Shown piece by piece: positions 9,192-20,524 of a stretch of DNA of 64,000 nt. The translations under genes were made by a program, and so were the position numbers. The DNA is from Paramoeba atlantica (lineage: Eukaryota > Protista > Discosea), in contig CDRNVI010000007.1 of assembly GCA_977017575.1 (NCBI GenBank), positions 248,001 through 312,000 of the forward strand, written 5' to 3'. The notes beneath the pieces were generated by a model. It did no database searches, was not told the origin of the DNA, and saw only the letters and a list, made by a program, of their open reading frames with translations. Every line of letters starts with the position of its first letter. The first letter of the stretch is position 1.

Positions 9192-11954
9192 ATGAACACT
9201 CCGGATCAAGACAGGGTAACGTACTATGGATCTTCTGACAGTACACCATGTTCTGTGCTGGAAACCCCTGTTCACTCATGCAAGAAAGAGCCGACAAATA
9301 TGTTAGAAGCATCTCCTTCAGCGTCTCCGGCCAGACAAAAGCACAAAGCGGATTTATTCATTCCTCCGCGTGCTGCATCACGCGGTCCATCCTCCAAAAA
9401 TGAATACGCTTCGCAGCAGTCCGAAATCGAAGTACAGAACAGATACGATAGTGGGCTTGATCACGGAGTGGCTCGAAGATCGGGGAATACGCTACCTTCT
9501 CGTAATACGAACGCAAATAGCATGGAAAGAGCTCTACGGGTTAATTCACCACATTCACAGGTTTCTGCGCGAGGGACGCCAAAGATCATTCCTACGCAGG
9601 GTAGGGCTGGCGTGGTGGGTCTTGAGACATCACCTTCTCGAATGATGGTAGACATCTCGGAATACGAACTACCCTCGTACTCTAGTTCTCCGATGGAGAT
9701 TGGACGAATGCCCAGGGTGATCAATGAGCAAGGCGGAGTGAAAGGCGTGAGCATTTCTACACACCCGAGGCAAACGTACGCTGTGACGAACCATGGAGAG
9801 CGATTAGCGACCATAGATGAAAGTATTCGACAAAGGAATGTGCCAGGGTCCCAAAGTGGGGTTTCTTTCACGCAAAACTATGCTCAACCTAATGGAACGC
9901 CTTCCTTTATGCAATCTCGCGAAAATGTCTCTATCTCGAGTGACCATAAAACTCTTTTATTGGGCGGGAAAGCGAGGCCTTCGAAAAAAGAAAATCGGGT
10001 AATTACTTCTCCAAAGCCAATTGACCGTGAACAGCTATTTCGTGATATCTTGTGGAGTTGGTTGGGCTGTGATCAAGGTGAAGTCATCGAGTGGGGGAAA
10101 ACTGGGTTTAGGTTTAAGCCATCCTTTGCGGCATCTCCACAAGATGAATTCACGCTGAAAGAACTACAAGAACCAGGTATTCTGTTTCGCAAAATAAAGC
10201 AACTCTTAGAGGGAGAAAATTTGCGGAACGAGGGAGAACGCGTTGCGGAACGAAATATTCTTAGAACTCCCTCGTTAACCCATGAAAAAATGCGTTCATC
10301 TGTCTTTCAAGAACTAGAAACATACAAGGATTCAATCGGGGAAGTGCTTGGAACAAATCTGACAATCATGCTTCCCCAGATGGTGACAATGTGTCGGACA
10401 TCTTCTAGTTTTCTCGAAAGTGTTTTGTGCATTTTGCGTGAAACTGGGGAAAGCGAGGGATGCTGCGTGCTACAAAAGCTTACCTCTATTTCGGAATCTG
10501 CAACTAACGATTCTGTATCAAAGCTGTCTGTAAAATTATGTCATGCTTCGTGCGAACCTTTCCTTGCGTTTCTCCGTGGCTGGCTAGTAGATGGAAAGAT
10601 TTATGATCCCTGTCATGAGTTTTTCATTAAGGAGAGCGAAAGCATTGGAAATGACTCTTCAGAATGGTGGGAGCATAAATATAGTATCTTGAGAGATAAG
10701 CTTCCACCTTTGTGTGTTATTGGGATCTCAATACCGTTCACCGAAGAAATCATTGAAGAAGTCCTCTACCTCGGGAAAAGCGTTAACTTTTTTCAGTTGA
10801 TGGGATGCTTAGGGACAAAGAGTTGTTCCAACTTTCAGTGTAATGGAACGCTACCGGAAACACGGGAGTTGCATGTACTACTGCCCATCCTTCGAAATTC
10901 CATTAGTAATCGGTGGAAGAAGACTCTTCTGGAGGATTTGCCCTTGAAAGAATTCCTTACTGGTCTCTATAAATTCGCTCTCGGCGGGGATGCGTCATTT
11001 GTTGATGAAGCCATAAATAGGACAATTGAGGGTAACCTTATGGGTCGTGAGGTACCTCTTCACGCACTTCAATTACATGGACTAACAGATTTCGTAATCA
11101 AGTCATCTAAGCCGAAAATTCTTTTTGAACATTTAGCAGGATTACTGGTGCGGCGATATAAACAGAAAGATTTACCTGGACGTGTCCGTAGCCTTATAAG
11201 GGTCAAATACGTTCCGCCGAAAGTATTTAACGTGATATTCGTCCCCCATGTGCTGGACCAACTTGAACGGCTCAGCGCTATCATATACGACTTAGTGCTT
11301 GCGAAGCGTAGTGTCTTAACTGTATGGAAGAAAGTTTCCCGACTTAATAAGACCTCTCATTTCAGATCGTCGGAAAGTGCATGTGATCGTGCATCGGTTC
11401 TGATGGTACATGAAATGTGGTGCGCGATAGCAGCTCTTCAGGACTACATGCACCACGTGTGTGCGCATTACTGGTCACAATTTCGAGCGAAGATGGAGCG
11501 CCTTATTTTGCAATCTGATATCTTTACATTTCCGGAGCTTTTGAAGCTTCTTGACAGCTTTCTAAGTGACAATCTTCAGCACATCTGGAAACTTTTAGAT
11601 CTCAGCGGAGGCTCAAAGATTCAAAAGTCTCAATTGGACTTTCTGCAAAGCTCTAAAAGTATCGAAACCTCGACTTTGTTGAAAGAACATTCTCCTATAC
11701 AAGATGTGATACACTCGGTTTTACACTTGGACGAAGGTCTCGGACCAGATGATAATTTTAGCATACCTAACATCAAAAGGACTCATGCGGAATTTAAGCG
11801 ATCGATACATATATTGCTCCAAAAGCTCCAAGGGCAGTCTATTACGGATTGTTCACATTTTCTATATCAATCTATCAATTTTTCAAAATTTTACACTGTA
11901 TTGCCTTCATTTGATTCAACTTCATGTACAATAGGCGTTCCGAAAGTAGAATAG
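9192..11954 (+). CDS. Gamma-tubulin complex component (Spc97/Spc98 GRIP family, GCP2/GCP3-like) with long low-complexity N-terminus
   Basis: FLAFLRGWLVDGKIYDPCHEFFI, WWEHKYSILRDKLP, LYLGKSVNF and KFALGGDASF are GRIP-domain motifs. Confidence 0.85.
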   Translation: MNTPDQDRVTYYGSSDSTPCSVLETPVHSCKKEPTNMLEASPSASPARQKHKADLFIPPRAASRGPSSKNEYASQQSEIEVQNRYDSGLDHGVARRSGNTLPSRNTNANSMERALRVNSPHSQVSARGTPKIIPTQGRAGVVGLETSPSRMMVDISEYELPSYSSSPMEIGRMPRVINEQGGVKGVSISTHPRQTYAVTNHGERLATIDESIRQRNVPGSQSGVSFTQNYAQPNGTPSFMQSRENVSISSDHKTLLLGGKARPSKKENRVITSPKPIDREQLFRDILWSWLGCDQGEVIEWGKTGFRFKPSFAASPQDEFTLKELQEPGILFRKIKQLLEGENLRNEGERVAERNILRTPSLTHEKMRSSVFQELETYKDSIGEVLGTNLTIMLPQMVTMCRTSSSFLESVLCILRETGESEGCCVLQKLTSISESATNDSVSKLSVKLCHASCEPFLAFLRGWLVDGKIYDPCHEFFIKESESIGNDSSEWWEHKYSILRDKLPPLCVIGISIPFTEEIIEEVLYLGKSVNFFQLMGCLGTKSCSNFQCNGTLPETRELHVLLPILRNSISNRWKKTLLEDLPLKEFLTGLYKFALGGDASFVDEAINRTIEGNLMGREVPLHALQLHGLTDFVIKSSKPKILFEHLAGLLVRRYKQKDLPGRVRSLIRVKYVPPKVFNVIFVPHVLDQLERLSAIIYDLVLAKRSVLTVWKKVSRLNKTSHFRSSESACDRASVLMVHEMWCAIAALQDYMHHVCAHYWSQFRAKMERLILQSDIFTFPELLKLLDSFLSDNLQHIWKLLDLSGGSKIQKSQLDFLQSSKSIETSTLLKEHSPIQDVIHSVLHLDEGLGPDDNFSIPNIKRTHAEFKRSIHILLQKLQGQSITDCSHFLYQSINFSKFYTVLPSFDSTSCTIGVPKVE

Positions 11955-12319
11955 CGCAAACAGAAAATATGGAAACTCGGACGAACGTAATGGAAATTCT
12001 TACGCTTGTAAATTCTATCGCTTGTGTATGAAGGCGCGATTCCGAGATCAATGTTTTTCTTTTAATTACTAGAATTACTGTATAGTTAAAATTTGTCTAC
12101 AAAAAACACTTCATCTTCTGGTTGCGAACACTGTATGAACGTGCTGCATATACGTACGGCATCTTTATAGTTGACTTAGATTACCTGATCTGTTCTGTTT
12201 CTGCAAATGGACATCTGTTCGTAAGCAGAAGAAAAGAAACCACGCATTATGATTGGTCATCAACATATTGTTTTAATTATTCTGCGTTAGCTCGTATCTC
12301 TTTTTATTCTCACTTATTC

Positions 12320-13711
12320 ATGAGTCAATCCAGCGAAGGTGAATCACCCCATTCACGGCGCACAGGCCTCCGAGGAGACTCTGTCGAAATTACAACCACT
12401 TTAGACGATGTCCTTCGTGCGAAACGACGAAGAAAAAACGAAACGGACACCCCATCAAAGAAGGCGAAGGAAGTGTCTGTCCCGTGGCCCGCCTCGGCTG
12501 AGCTTTTTGATGGTAGCCCAGAGGATATCTCCTCCATGATTGATCTGGACGATATTTTCAAACAAGAACCCGACAGCTTTACAACCCCCGGCGCCTCCGG
12601 GAAACAACCTTTTAACTGGGACCTCATACGGCAGCGCCTACGGACCGACTACCGTCCCGGGTCCCCCCGGTTCTGCTACCTGGTACGACGCATGGGGGAT
12701 ATGGCGCTGGAGCCCCGAGGGGAGGAGGTGGCGAAAGTGCCGTACCTTGTGCTGCTCGAGCCCCCGTCCACCGCCCTGGGAGACACCCTTCACGTCGCCC
12801 CGACCCATTTCGTCACGAAAGCCACGGTGGCGCATCTCCACGAGGAGGACTACACCCCGGACCACTACCGGTCCCTTCCCTCGGGGGGGTTCGTGTGGCG
12901 CAGGGTGAAACAAGGCGGCAGGCCGTTGAATGTGTTCCTTCTGGTCGCTAAAAAAAGAGAGGACCAAGCGGTAAAAAAAGAAGCCCCCCCCTCGAGTACC
13001 CCCCCTATGAGTTTCTCGTTTCAAATGAATCCCAATACGGTGGTCGCTGGTTTTGGGAAAAAGACGGAAGAGGAGGAGGAAGAAATCTCAGCGAATGAAA
13101 TTAATGTCGTGTTGTGGAGTACAGAGGCAATGCGAGGCCATCGTGAGCAGTGGGGGAACGGGAACCGTATTGTGATGAAAAATGTCACCCAGTGCGGATC
13201 GTTGAAAACACTGATTATGGAAAATGATTTAGAGAGTGCGGAGACCGGGGCGGAGGCGATTGTCCAACGGGTTTGGAGAAAGCGAAGTGAGGTGGCGAAA
13301 AAGATTACAAGCTACGTGCAGGAAATGCCCTCGGAAGTAAGTCTAACCGAAAAGGAGAGGGAGTCCTTTTACAGTGCCACGAATCGTAATTTGGATACGC
13401 TTATGCGGGAGGATTCACTTTGGAAGCAACTGCACTCAGAGTTGCATGAAAAGCTTCTATCCGTTTTGCAACCTGTGCTCAATGACCGGCAAAAGGCTCG
13501 AGTTGCTGAGCTCGCACTTGTGTCTAACGTATTGCAGAAACTGCAGCGCAAGGAGCTAACGGACGCAAAGAAATGGAAGATTCACAAATTTTGCCCGAAC
13601 AATAATATTCTGCGATTTCGCGTGGAAAGTAAAATTCCTGGTCTCGGCGAAGCAGAAGAATGTGTTCCGGAAAAGTACGTCTTTGTTAATCCTTTTATGC
13701 GTTCATCCTAA
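12320..13711 (+). CDS. Hypothetical protein, probable nuclear (KRRRK NLS-like, acidic tract, helical C-terminus)
   Basis: Long ORF. First ATG after the T-rich tract is at 12320 (MSQSSEGES); the track start is TTG at 12122. No family recognised. Confidence 0.7.
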   Translation: MSQSSEGESPHSRRTGLRGDSVEITTTLDDVLRAKRRRKNETDTPSKKAKEVSVPWPASAELFDGSPEDISSMIDLDDIFKQEPDSFTTPGASGKQPFNWDLIRQRLRTDYRPGSPRFCYLVRRMGDMALEPRGEEVAKVPYLVLLEPPSTALGDTLHVAPTHFVTKATVAHLHEEDYTPDHYRSLPSGGFVWRRVKQGGRPLNVFLLVAKKREDQAVKKEAPPSSTPPMSFSFQMNPNTVVAGFGKKTEEEEEEISANEINVVLWSTEAMRGHREQWGNGNRIVMKNVTQCGSLKTLIMENDLESAETGAEAIVQRVWRKRSEVAKKITSYVQEMPSEVSLTEKERESFYSATNRNLDTLMREDSLWKQLHSELHEKLLSVLQPVLNDRQKARVAELALVSNVLQKLQRKELTDAKKWKIHKFCPNNNILRFRVESKIPGLGEAEECVPEKYVFVNPFMRSS

Positions 13712-14095
13712 CTGCAATTAGGTATTAGCAAGCTGTTTTAGCTTTATGATGCGGCTTCTTTTGCTTCTTCCTTTAAGCAGTCACCCAAACACGCATCGAA
13801 ATTTCCCGTTTTTTTATCTTAAGGCATACGGTATTCCTTTTCTTCGGTTATATGGGCGAAAGATAACACACTTTTTTTATTCCTGAAGACGAGTATAGTC
13901 GAGCTCTTTCTGTTTTTTACACATGTCACAAAAACTACATTTTGACTCTCCCCTACTTGATCTCTTTTTTGTGTCTTCTCCACCAAACATACGTTTCCCG
14001 AAACACTTCTTATTTTGCTTAGATTATTATCCTATTCTCTCCATCGTACTCTGCTCAAAGAGCACAGTACCATTCTTCCATGAACTAACAATCCC

Positions 14096-15718
14096 ATGTT
14101 ATTACGCTCCGGTGTGTTTCACCTTCCCAAGAGTGCCTACGACCTGCTGGTCATCGGTGGCGGGAGTGGGGGGGTGGCCTGTGCGACCCAGGCGGCCAAA
14201 CTCGGCGCCTCAGTGGCGCTGGTCGACTACGTCCCCCCGAGTCCCTACGGCACCTCCTGGGGTCTCGGCGGCACCTGTGTCAACGTTGGCTGCATCCCGA
14301 AGAAATTGTTTCATGTTGCCGCGCAGCAGGGTGAGATCCTTTCGCACACGGCACCGTATTTTGGCTGGGGTTTGTGTAATTCCGAAAAGGATAGTGTTCC
14401 GAGATATCGAATGCAGTGGAGCACACTTCGAGAGAATGTCACCAATTACATACGCTCGCTGAATTTTAGTACCCGAGTGGCGTGTCAGGAGTTAAACGTG
14501 GATTATGTGAATGCCAGAGCGTGGGTTACGGGGGAACACGGCCACGGGGCTTGTGTGGCGGTGAGGTGTACGGACCCCGATAGCTCCGAGAGCTCTACGA
14601 CCATGCATGCTCGTCACGTGGTGGTGGCGACAGGGGGACGGCCGCAGTATCCCTCGATTCCGGGGGCCCAACGTTTTGGCATCACCTCCGATGATTTGTT
14701 TTGGTTGAACAAAGACCCAGGAAAGGTCGTGGTGGTGGGGGCAGGATACATTGCACTGGAGTGTGCTGGATTTCTAGGGAGCTTCGCGAAGTACGCATCT
14801 CATGAAGGGGAAAGGCCGTTGAACCGGCCCTCCGTGTTGGTTCGCTCTACCCCGCTGCGTGGTTTTGACAAGGACGCTGTGGTCAGGGTCGTACAGTCCA
14901 TGGCGGACTCAGTCGATTTCGTATACGACCAACCAAAGGAATTAGTACGTGTGGAATCGAATGTTGCATCAAATTCTCCAAAGCTTCGATTGCATACTAT
15001 GAAGGGCGGTGTTATGGACTGTGATACGGTTCTGTTTGCGATGGGACGCCGCCCTCAAACTACGGGGTTGGGTTTCGACACGTTGGGCGTGAAAATCGAT
15101 CCGAGCACACATCATATTATTACCGATGAATTTGCGAAGACCTCACACCCTCAGGTGTACGCCATTGGAGATGTCGTTCGTGGAGGTGCGGAACTTACCC
15201 CAGTCGCCATACGCTCGGGTCGAACACTGGCGAACAATCTGTTTTCAGAACGAGCCCGGGAGACGGTACACTTTTTTGCTCAAGCCATGCCCACAACCGT
15301 ATTCACACCTTTGGAGTACGGTCGCATTGGCCCGAGTGAGGAACAAGCGTGTGCGCTCTATCCTGAAAAACAAATCGAAGTCTATCACACTGCCTTTTGC
15401 CCCCTTGAGTGGACGCTACCCGGCCTCCCACGTGACTTGTGCTTTCTCAAAGTCATCACACGGCGAGATCTCGATGATCCTTTGGATGCAGACAACGCCC
15501 GAGGGAGGGATACGAATGAAACCGTCATTGGTTGGCACCTTACATGTCCCCATGCGGGGGAGATTACGCAAGGCATAGCTGTTGCCATGCACGCCGGGTT
15601 GACGCTACGAACACTGCGGCAAACGATGGGCATTCATCCTACCATGGCGGAGTGTATAGGCAGCCTTGTGCGAAAACGAGATTTTCCTACCCCAAAGGTC
15701 CCGGGATGCTGAGGGTAG
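14096..15718 (+). CDS. TXNRD: High-Mr (animal-type) thioredoxin reductase, selenoprotein with C-terminal Gly-Cys-Sec-Gly; UGA at 15710-15712 recoded, true stop TAG 15716-15718
   Basis: Motifs: FAD-binding GGGSGG, redox centre WGLGGTCVNVGCIPKKL, NADPH GAGYIALECAG, ELTPVAI, PTTVFTPLEYG, GIHPTMAE. The 3' end reads ccg gga tgc TGA ggg tag = P-G-C-U-G-stop. A SECIS follows. Confidence 0.93.
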
Positions 15719-15750
15719 GGAAGGGAATGTGAGCCGTCACTCCTTCGCTC

Positions 15751-15820
15751 CATTGGGTTCTTCTTGTGAAGTTGTGTGCCTAAACCTTTAGGTGGCGCAT
15801 AATGGATTTTGAACCGAATG
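15751..15820 (+). promoter_or_regulatory. Eukaryotic SECIS element (form 2, GUGA core) in the TrxR 3' UTR
   Basis: Helix I cattgggttc/gaaccgaatg pairs 9/10. Core GUGAA (15766-70) / GGAU (15804-07). Helix II guugugugcc (15771-80) / ggcgcauaau (15794-803) pairs 10/10 including GU. Unpaired AAA at 15782-84, then a ccu-uua-gg(u) ministem. Confidence 0.9.
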
Positions 15821-15991
15821 ATGTGGTAGTGACGACGAACACTGTAGTGCGGTTAGATAATGGTAACAAAGTGGTAAATTTGGTTTTAGATAAAAGATAA
15901 TTCCTTAAAAAACTTTAACTTGTCACACCTATTTACCACACTCATTTCTCATCAAAAACATATTATCTACTGGGTAGTATCTACTTATTTT

Positions 15992-18900
15992 ATGAGCGAA
16001 TTCTCCTTACACTCCGCTCGTGTCAAAGCCCTGAGCTTTCACGCCGAACGTCCCTGGATCCTTGTCGGGCTGCACGACGGAAAACTCGAGATCTGGGACT
16101 ACCAGAACCAAACCCTCCAAGAACGATACGCAAATGAGCACCAGGGCGCCGTCCGCGCGGTGTGCTTCCACCCCCACCAGCCCCTCTTCGCCTCCGGGGG
16201 GGATGACACCAAAGTTCGTCTGTGGAGTTACGCTCAGCGACGGATCACAGCCACCCTGGTCGGCCACTTGGACTACGTCCGCTGCGTCTCCTTTCACACC
16301 GAGCAGCCCTGGTTGCTCTCCGGGAGTGACGACCAGGTGCTACGGCTGTGGAACTGGCAGTCCCGCACCTGCCTCGGGGTACTCGCCGGGCACAACCACT
16401 ACGTCATGTGTGGGGTGTTTCACCCGAGTGGGCAAAGCCCCGATTTAGTGGCTTCCGGGTCGTTGGATCAAACCATCCGGATTTGGGATATTACCGGCGT
16501 GCGTACACGGAAGCCAGCGCCAAGTTTGTCCGAGCTCGCGAGAAGTGCCGGGGTGTTGTCAGATGGTACGGATTCCTACGGTTCCGATTCTCGTTCCTTG
16601 CCCGCAGCTCTTCCGTTGCTTGCACCGGATTTGTTTGCGAACGAAATATTTGTGAGATGTATTCTGGAGGGGCATGAGCGAGCCGTGAATAGCGTTGCGT
16701 TTCATCCCACCCGTCCTCTGTTGGTCAGTGGCTCGGATGACAAAACGATTCGAGTGTGGAGTATTGATGAGGCGTGTTCGACGACAATGATGTACAATGA
16801 AACAGCACCTTTCCCTGGATATGAGCTAGAGCAGCTGAGGGGTCACACAGGAAATGTAACCTGTGTACTACTAGACGTCGAAACCTCGAATATTCTAAGT
16901 GCATCGGAGGACGGAACAATACGGATGTGGAATACCGAAAATGGCAACGCAATCAAGACTATCAGCCGACCTGGTGGATTGCATGCCGGTCAGGTAGGCC
17001 GTATCTGGTCCCTAGCAGTGAATGAAAACGGTCTCATAGCTTTTGGGTATGATCACGGGTTTGGCGTCACGAGACTACGATCCGAGCACCCGGCATACTC
17101 ACGAGGCGTACATTTTAACGCAGAACCTGGGCATGTAGCCGGTCTGTATTACGTACGGGAAGGAACACTCTACACTTATAATTTCGACACTAGAAAGGAA
17201 AGCATCATTTGTTCGTTACGCCGAAAAGGAATCCCAAATCATTTGTACTACGTAGAGAATGTTGAAGCAGCACTTTGTATATTTGATGAAACAAGCCCGC
17301 GATATGAACTTTATACGATTGGATCAAAAACACCCACTCAACGGGCAGCAGTAGAGATGCGCAAGGGTTATTATTCGAGCACAGCGTTTTGCGGAAGCGG
17401 GCGTATTATCGCATTGGATCAATCGAATCTATTGATCAAGAATCTTCAAAACGAAACAGTAAGCAGCATGCCATTGACCGAGATTAAAAGGGGCGAATCT
17501 TTTCATGGTGAAATTGATCCCTCTTCTACGGTGCTAAATGGTGGATTAACAGAGATTCATACATTGTACACCTTGTCTGGGTCCGAAAATAACGTCCTTG
17601 CAAGCACACCGACACATATTCTTTTATTAGAAGTCGATCTCAATGGAAAAGCTTCTGTAATTTCCTGTAGAGATTCTGTTAAAGATCTAGTCGGCGTGCA
17701 TTCGCAAGATGATTATGCATACACCTCTGAAGACAACACCATTCAGCTGCGGTCCGTTATAGTCTTAGTAGCTAAAAATGAGTTGATCGTGTGTGACAAT
17801 ACTCGTCTTGGAACTCTTTTTAAAGTGAAGGAGCTTCATCGAGAAATTACAAGCTGTGTTTTTGGAAATGTAAGTCGCCAGAAGCACCGAACGTCACAAT
17901 TATCTTCCCTACCTTTAACCAACGCAATCTTTTTTGCAACTACTGCTCATCTTAAATTCGTTCTTTCAAACGGTCACGTAGGTACGGTTCGTGAAATTTC
18001 CTCAAAGAAGAAGCTGTATCTTGCTGCAGTATTCGAAAAAACAGCGTTTTTTATTACAGACGCATCTTCGGTTTGTCCTTTGGAAATTGATCTCACGGAA
18101 CTCCATTTAAAGCAAGCCCTTTCATTTCACGAACACGCCGCCGTAAATGAGATCCTTCGTGGGAAGAAGGTACACGGACAAGCGCTCGCTGCCTATCTGC
18201 TCAGCAAGAAAAATCTTCGACCCATGGCAGAATATTTTTTGAGAGATTCACGGAGTAAATTTTTTCTTTCTTTAGAAAAAGGTAAGCTGAACGAAGCCAG
18301 GAAGTATGCGAAGGAATTGGATACTTCGGATATTTGGCAGCACTTTTCACGTGCTGCATGGGAACATGGCGACGCGCTTTCTGCTCTTGAGGCATACGAA
18401 AGTACAAACGATGAAAATTCTCAAGCTGAAACGCATCTCCTACTTGGCAATTTAGAGAGTTTGGAACCACTCGTGGAAAAATCCACATGCCCCCACCTTA
18501 CCACTACCTACTCTATGATCCTGGGGAATCATACGAAACAGTTAGATGTATTGGTGCAATCAGGGCAGTACGCTCTGGCGCTTGCTCTGGCGAGAACGAG
18601 ACACATGGGTAGCGATATCATTCAAGAGCTTGAAGAGAAGTTCAAGAATCGTGTACAATGTATCTACGACTCCAGAGATAACGACAAAGGTGCGGATAAT
18701 GAATGTGAGGCGCAATTGTGTCTGGATAATCTGATCCAACGTTGCGCAAACCTAGAAACCCAAAAGCAGCCCTCGGGGCTGTTCAGCATGCAGGATTCTT
18801 CTCTAGAGTTCGCTGAGTTACGCAAAATCGCAGTGTGGCCTCACCTTGAAGACGAAACGGAAAATGTTGACGAATTTTATCAGCATGATTTGGTCAAAGA

Positions 18901-19990
18901 CTTTCCAGAAAAGACAACAAGTGAAACTTTTTCTGATTCATATAAGAATCCTACCCGCACAAAGGAGCGTGTTCTGGACAACGAAATGCATTTTACGGAC
19001 CATTCGAGTTTACGTTCTCCGAGCACGCGCACCGCTAGTGAAGCTTGGGATCTCGAATTAGATATGGAAGAGAAGCAAACCGACCAGTTTGATCAATGGG
19101 ATGCCATGAGTGACTACGAATTCGACAAAAATCAGGGCAGGGATGATATGCCCATCTACGCCATGCTAACCGGGGATGGTGATCGGGCGATGCATTTATT
19201 ACTCGAGCAATGCGGTATATGCCACTTTGATTGCATTCTACCGTACATGGGGAAATTGAGGGATGTCGAAGGGCCATTGGGCAATGCTTCTTTTGATGAT
19301 CTTACCAAGCGCCTTCCCATCACCCGCGAGTTTATTGATTTCCAACTCAATGAAGCGATGAAATTAACCACAGAAGGGAAATTTTTGGATGCGTCCCAAA
19401 CTTTTCATAAAGTACTTTGTACATATCCCACAATTGTAGTGCCATCCTCAGAGGAAGCTCAAGAAATCGAATCTAAGGTATTCTTACAGGCCGTCTCATA
19501 CATCCAAGCACTCAATACGGAATTATATCGACGAAAGCACTTAGCTACACACCCAGGAGACATTCCAACCTCGCTTAAGCTGGCTTTGTATTTCACTCAC
19601 TTTGACCTGCAGCAAGAGCACTTAATATTGGCTCTTCGAAGTGCTATGGTGCTATGTTACAAAGCTGGAAATTTTGGTCTTGCGACAAATGTAGCAGCGC
19701 GTCTTTTGGAGTTCTCACTTCCTCCTGCAGTAGAGCAGCAAGCATGTAAATTAATCAGCACACAAAAATTGGACAACGCTCACCAGGTAGAGTATGATCC
19801 AACGAACATGTTTGCTGTGTGCTCCGCGTCTCATTGTGAAATAAAAAGCTCAGAAAAGGATTCGGTCGTTTGGTGCAAATACTGTGAGTCTCCTGCCTTG
19901 GTGCGTTTCGAAGACGAACTTTGTGAAGTTTGTCGAATGTCAAAGTATAATCGTAAGCGCTTTACACGGAATTTGCACAATGTTTGGTAG
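15992..19990 (+). CDS. COPA: Coatomer subunit alpha
   Basis: SARVKALSFHAERPWILVGLHDGKLEIWDY, EHQGAVRAVCFHPHQPLFASGGDD, GHNHYVMCGVFHP; C-terminal ALYFTHFDLQQEHLILALRSAM and YDPTNMFAVCSAS...CEVCRMS. ATG at 15992. Confidence 0.95.
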   Translation: MSEFSLHSARVKALSFHAERPWILVGLHDGKLEIWDYQNQTLQERYANEHQGAVRAVCFHPHQPLFASGGDDTKVRLWSYAQRRITATLVGHLDYVRCVSFHTEQPWLLSGSDDQVLRLWNWQSRTCLGVLAGHNHYVMCGVFHPSGQSPDLVASGSLDQTIRIWDITGVRTRKPAPSLSELARSAGVLSDGTDSYGSDSRSLPAALPLLAPDLFANEIFVRCILEGHERAVNSVAFHPTRPLLVSGSDDKTIRVWSIDEACSTTMMYNETAPFPGYELEQLRGHTGNVTCVLLDVETSNILSASEDGTIRMWNTENGNAIKTISRPGGLHAGQVGRIWSLAVNENGLIAFGYDHGFGVTRLRSEHPAYSRGVHFNAEPGHVAGLYYVREGTLYTYNFDTRKESIICSLRRKGIPNHLYYVENVEAALCIFDETSPRYELYTIGSKTPTQRAAVEMRKGYYSSTAFCGSGRIIALDQSNLLIKNLQNETVSSMPLTEIKRGESFHGEIDPSSTVLNGGLTEIHTLYTLSGSENNVLASTPTHILLLEVDLNGKASVISCRDSVKDLVGVHSQDDYAYTSEDNTIQLRSVIVLVAKNELIVCDNTRLGTLFKVKELHREITSCVFGNVSRQKHRTSQLSSLPLTNAIFFATTAHLKFVLSNGHVGTVREISSKKKLYLAAVFEKTAFFITDASSVCPLEIDLTELHLKQALSFHEHAAVNEILRGKKVHGQALAAYLLSKKNLRPMAEYFLRDSRSKFFLSLEKGKLNEARKYAKELDTSDIWQHFSRAAWEHGDALSALEAYESTNDENSQAETHLLLGNLESLEPLVEKSTCPHLTTTYSMILGNHTKQLDVLVQSGQYALALALARTRHMGSDIIQELEEKFKNRVQCIYDSRDNDKGADNECEAQLCLDNLIQRCANLETQKQPSGLFSMQDSSLEFAELRKIAVWPHLEDETENVDEFYQHDLVKDFPEKTTSETFSDSYKNPTRTKERVLDNEMHFTDHSSLRSPSTRTASEAWDLELDMEEKQTDQFDQWDAMSDYEFDKNQGRDDMPIYAMLTGDGDRAMHLLLEQCGICHFDCILPYMGKLRDVEGPLGNASFDDLTKRLPITREFIDFQLNEAMKLTTEGKFLDASQTFHKVLCTYPTIVVPSSEEAQEIESKVFLQAVSYIQALNTELYRRKHLATHPGDIPTSLKLALYFTHFDLQQEHLILALRSAMVLCYKAGNFGLATNVAARLLEFSLPPAVEQQACKLISTQKLDNAHQVEYDPTNMFAVCSASHCEIKSSEKDSVVWCKYCESPALVRFEDELCEVCRMSKYNRKRFTRNLHNVW

Positions 19991-20524
19991 CCAAGTTAAC
20001 GGCAAGACCACTGCTCTTGAAGCTTCCTGACCTTTTTTTTGCAACGTAGGGAGGCACTCACTATTGGCAAAGGCACCCATCCGGCAAATTTGTAAATTTA
20101 TTGGATGTTCATAATTTATTGTATTTTTACACGTTGATTAGATACATTGGAAAAACTCTTTTATCAAGTTCATTTAGTTGACTTGCACCTATTGTGAGTT
20201 CAATTAAACAGAATTCGCAAATAAGTCTACCCAAGAATAAACAGGGGTGTATCTAAAAAAATGTCCCGAATCTTCTCCATCCCGATCTCGTCTAAACAAA
20301 TTACCAAAACGGTCTCAACTTCGATTGACACATACCCCCCCACCTTTCTTCCTTTCTCTTTTCTCTTTTTTGAACTCTTAACCTTTACCTAAGAACCCTA
20401 TTCCACCTTTCTTCACCTCTATCTCACCCCCCCCCCATGCCCCGTGACCCCCACGAGGACACCGCATCCGCCTACTCCTCCCCCCCCCGCTCCCCCCTCC
20501 CTCCATGCCCAGACCCTCCAGCGC

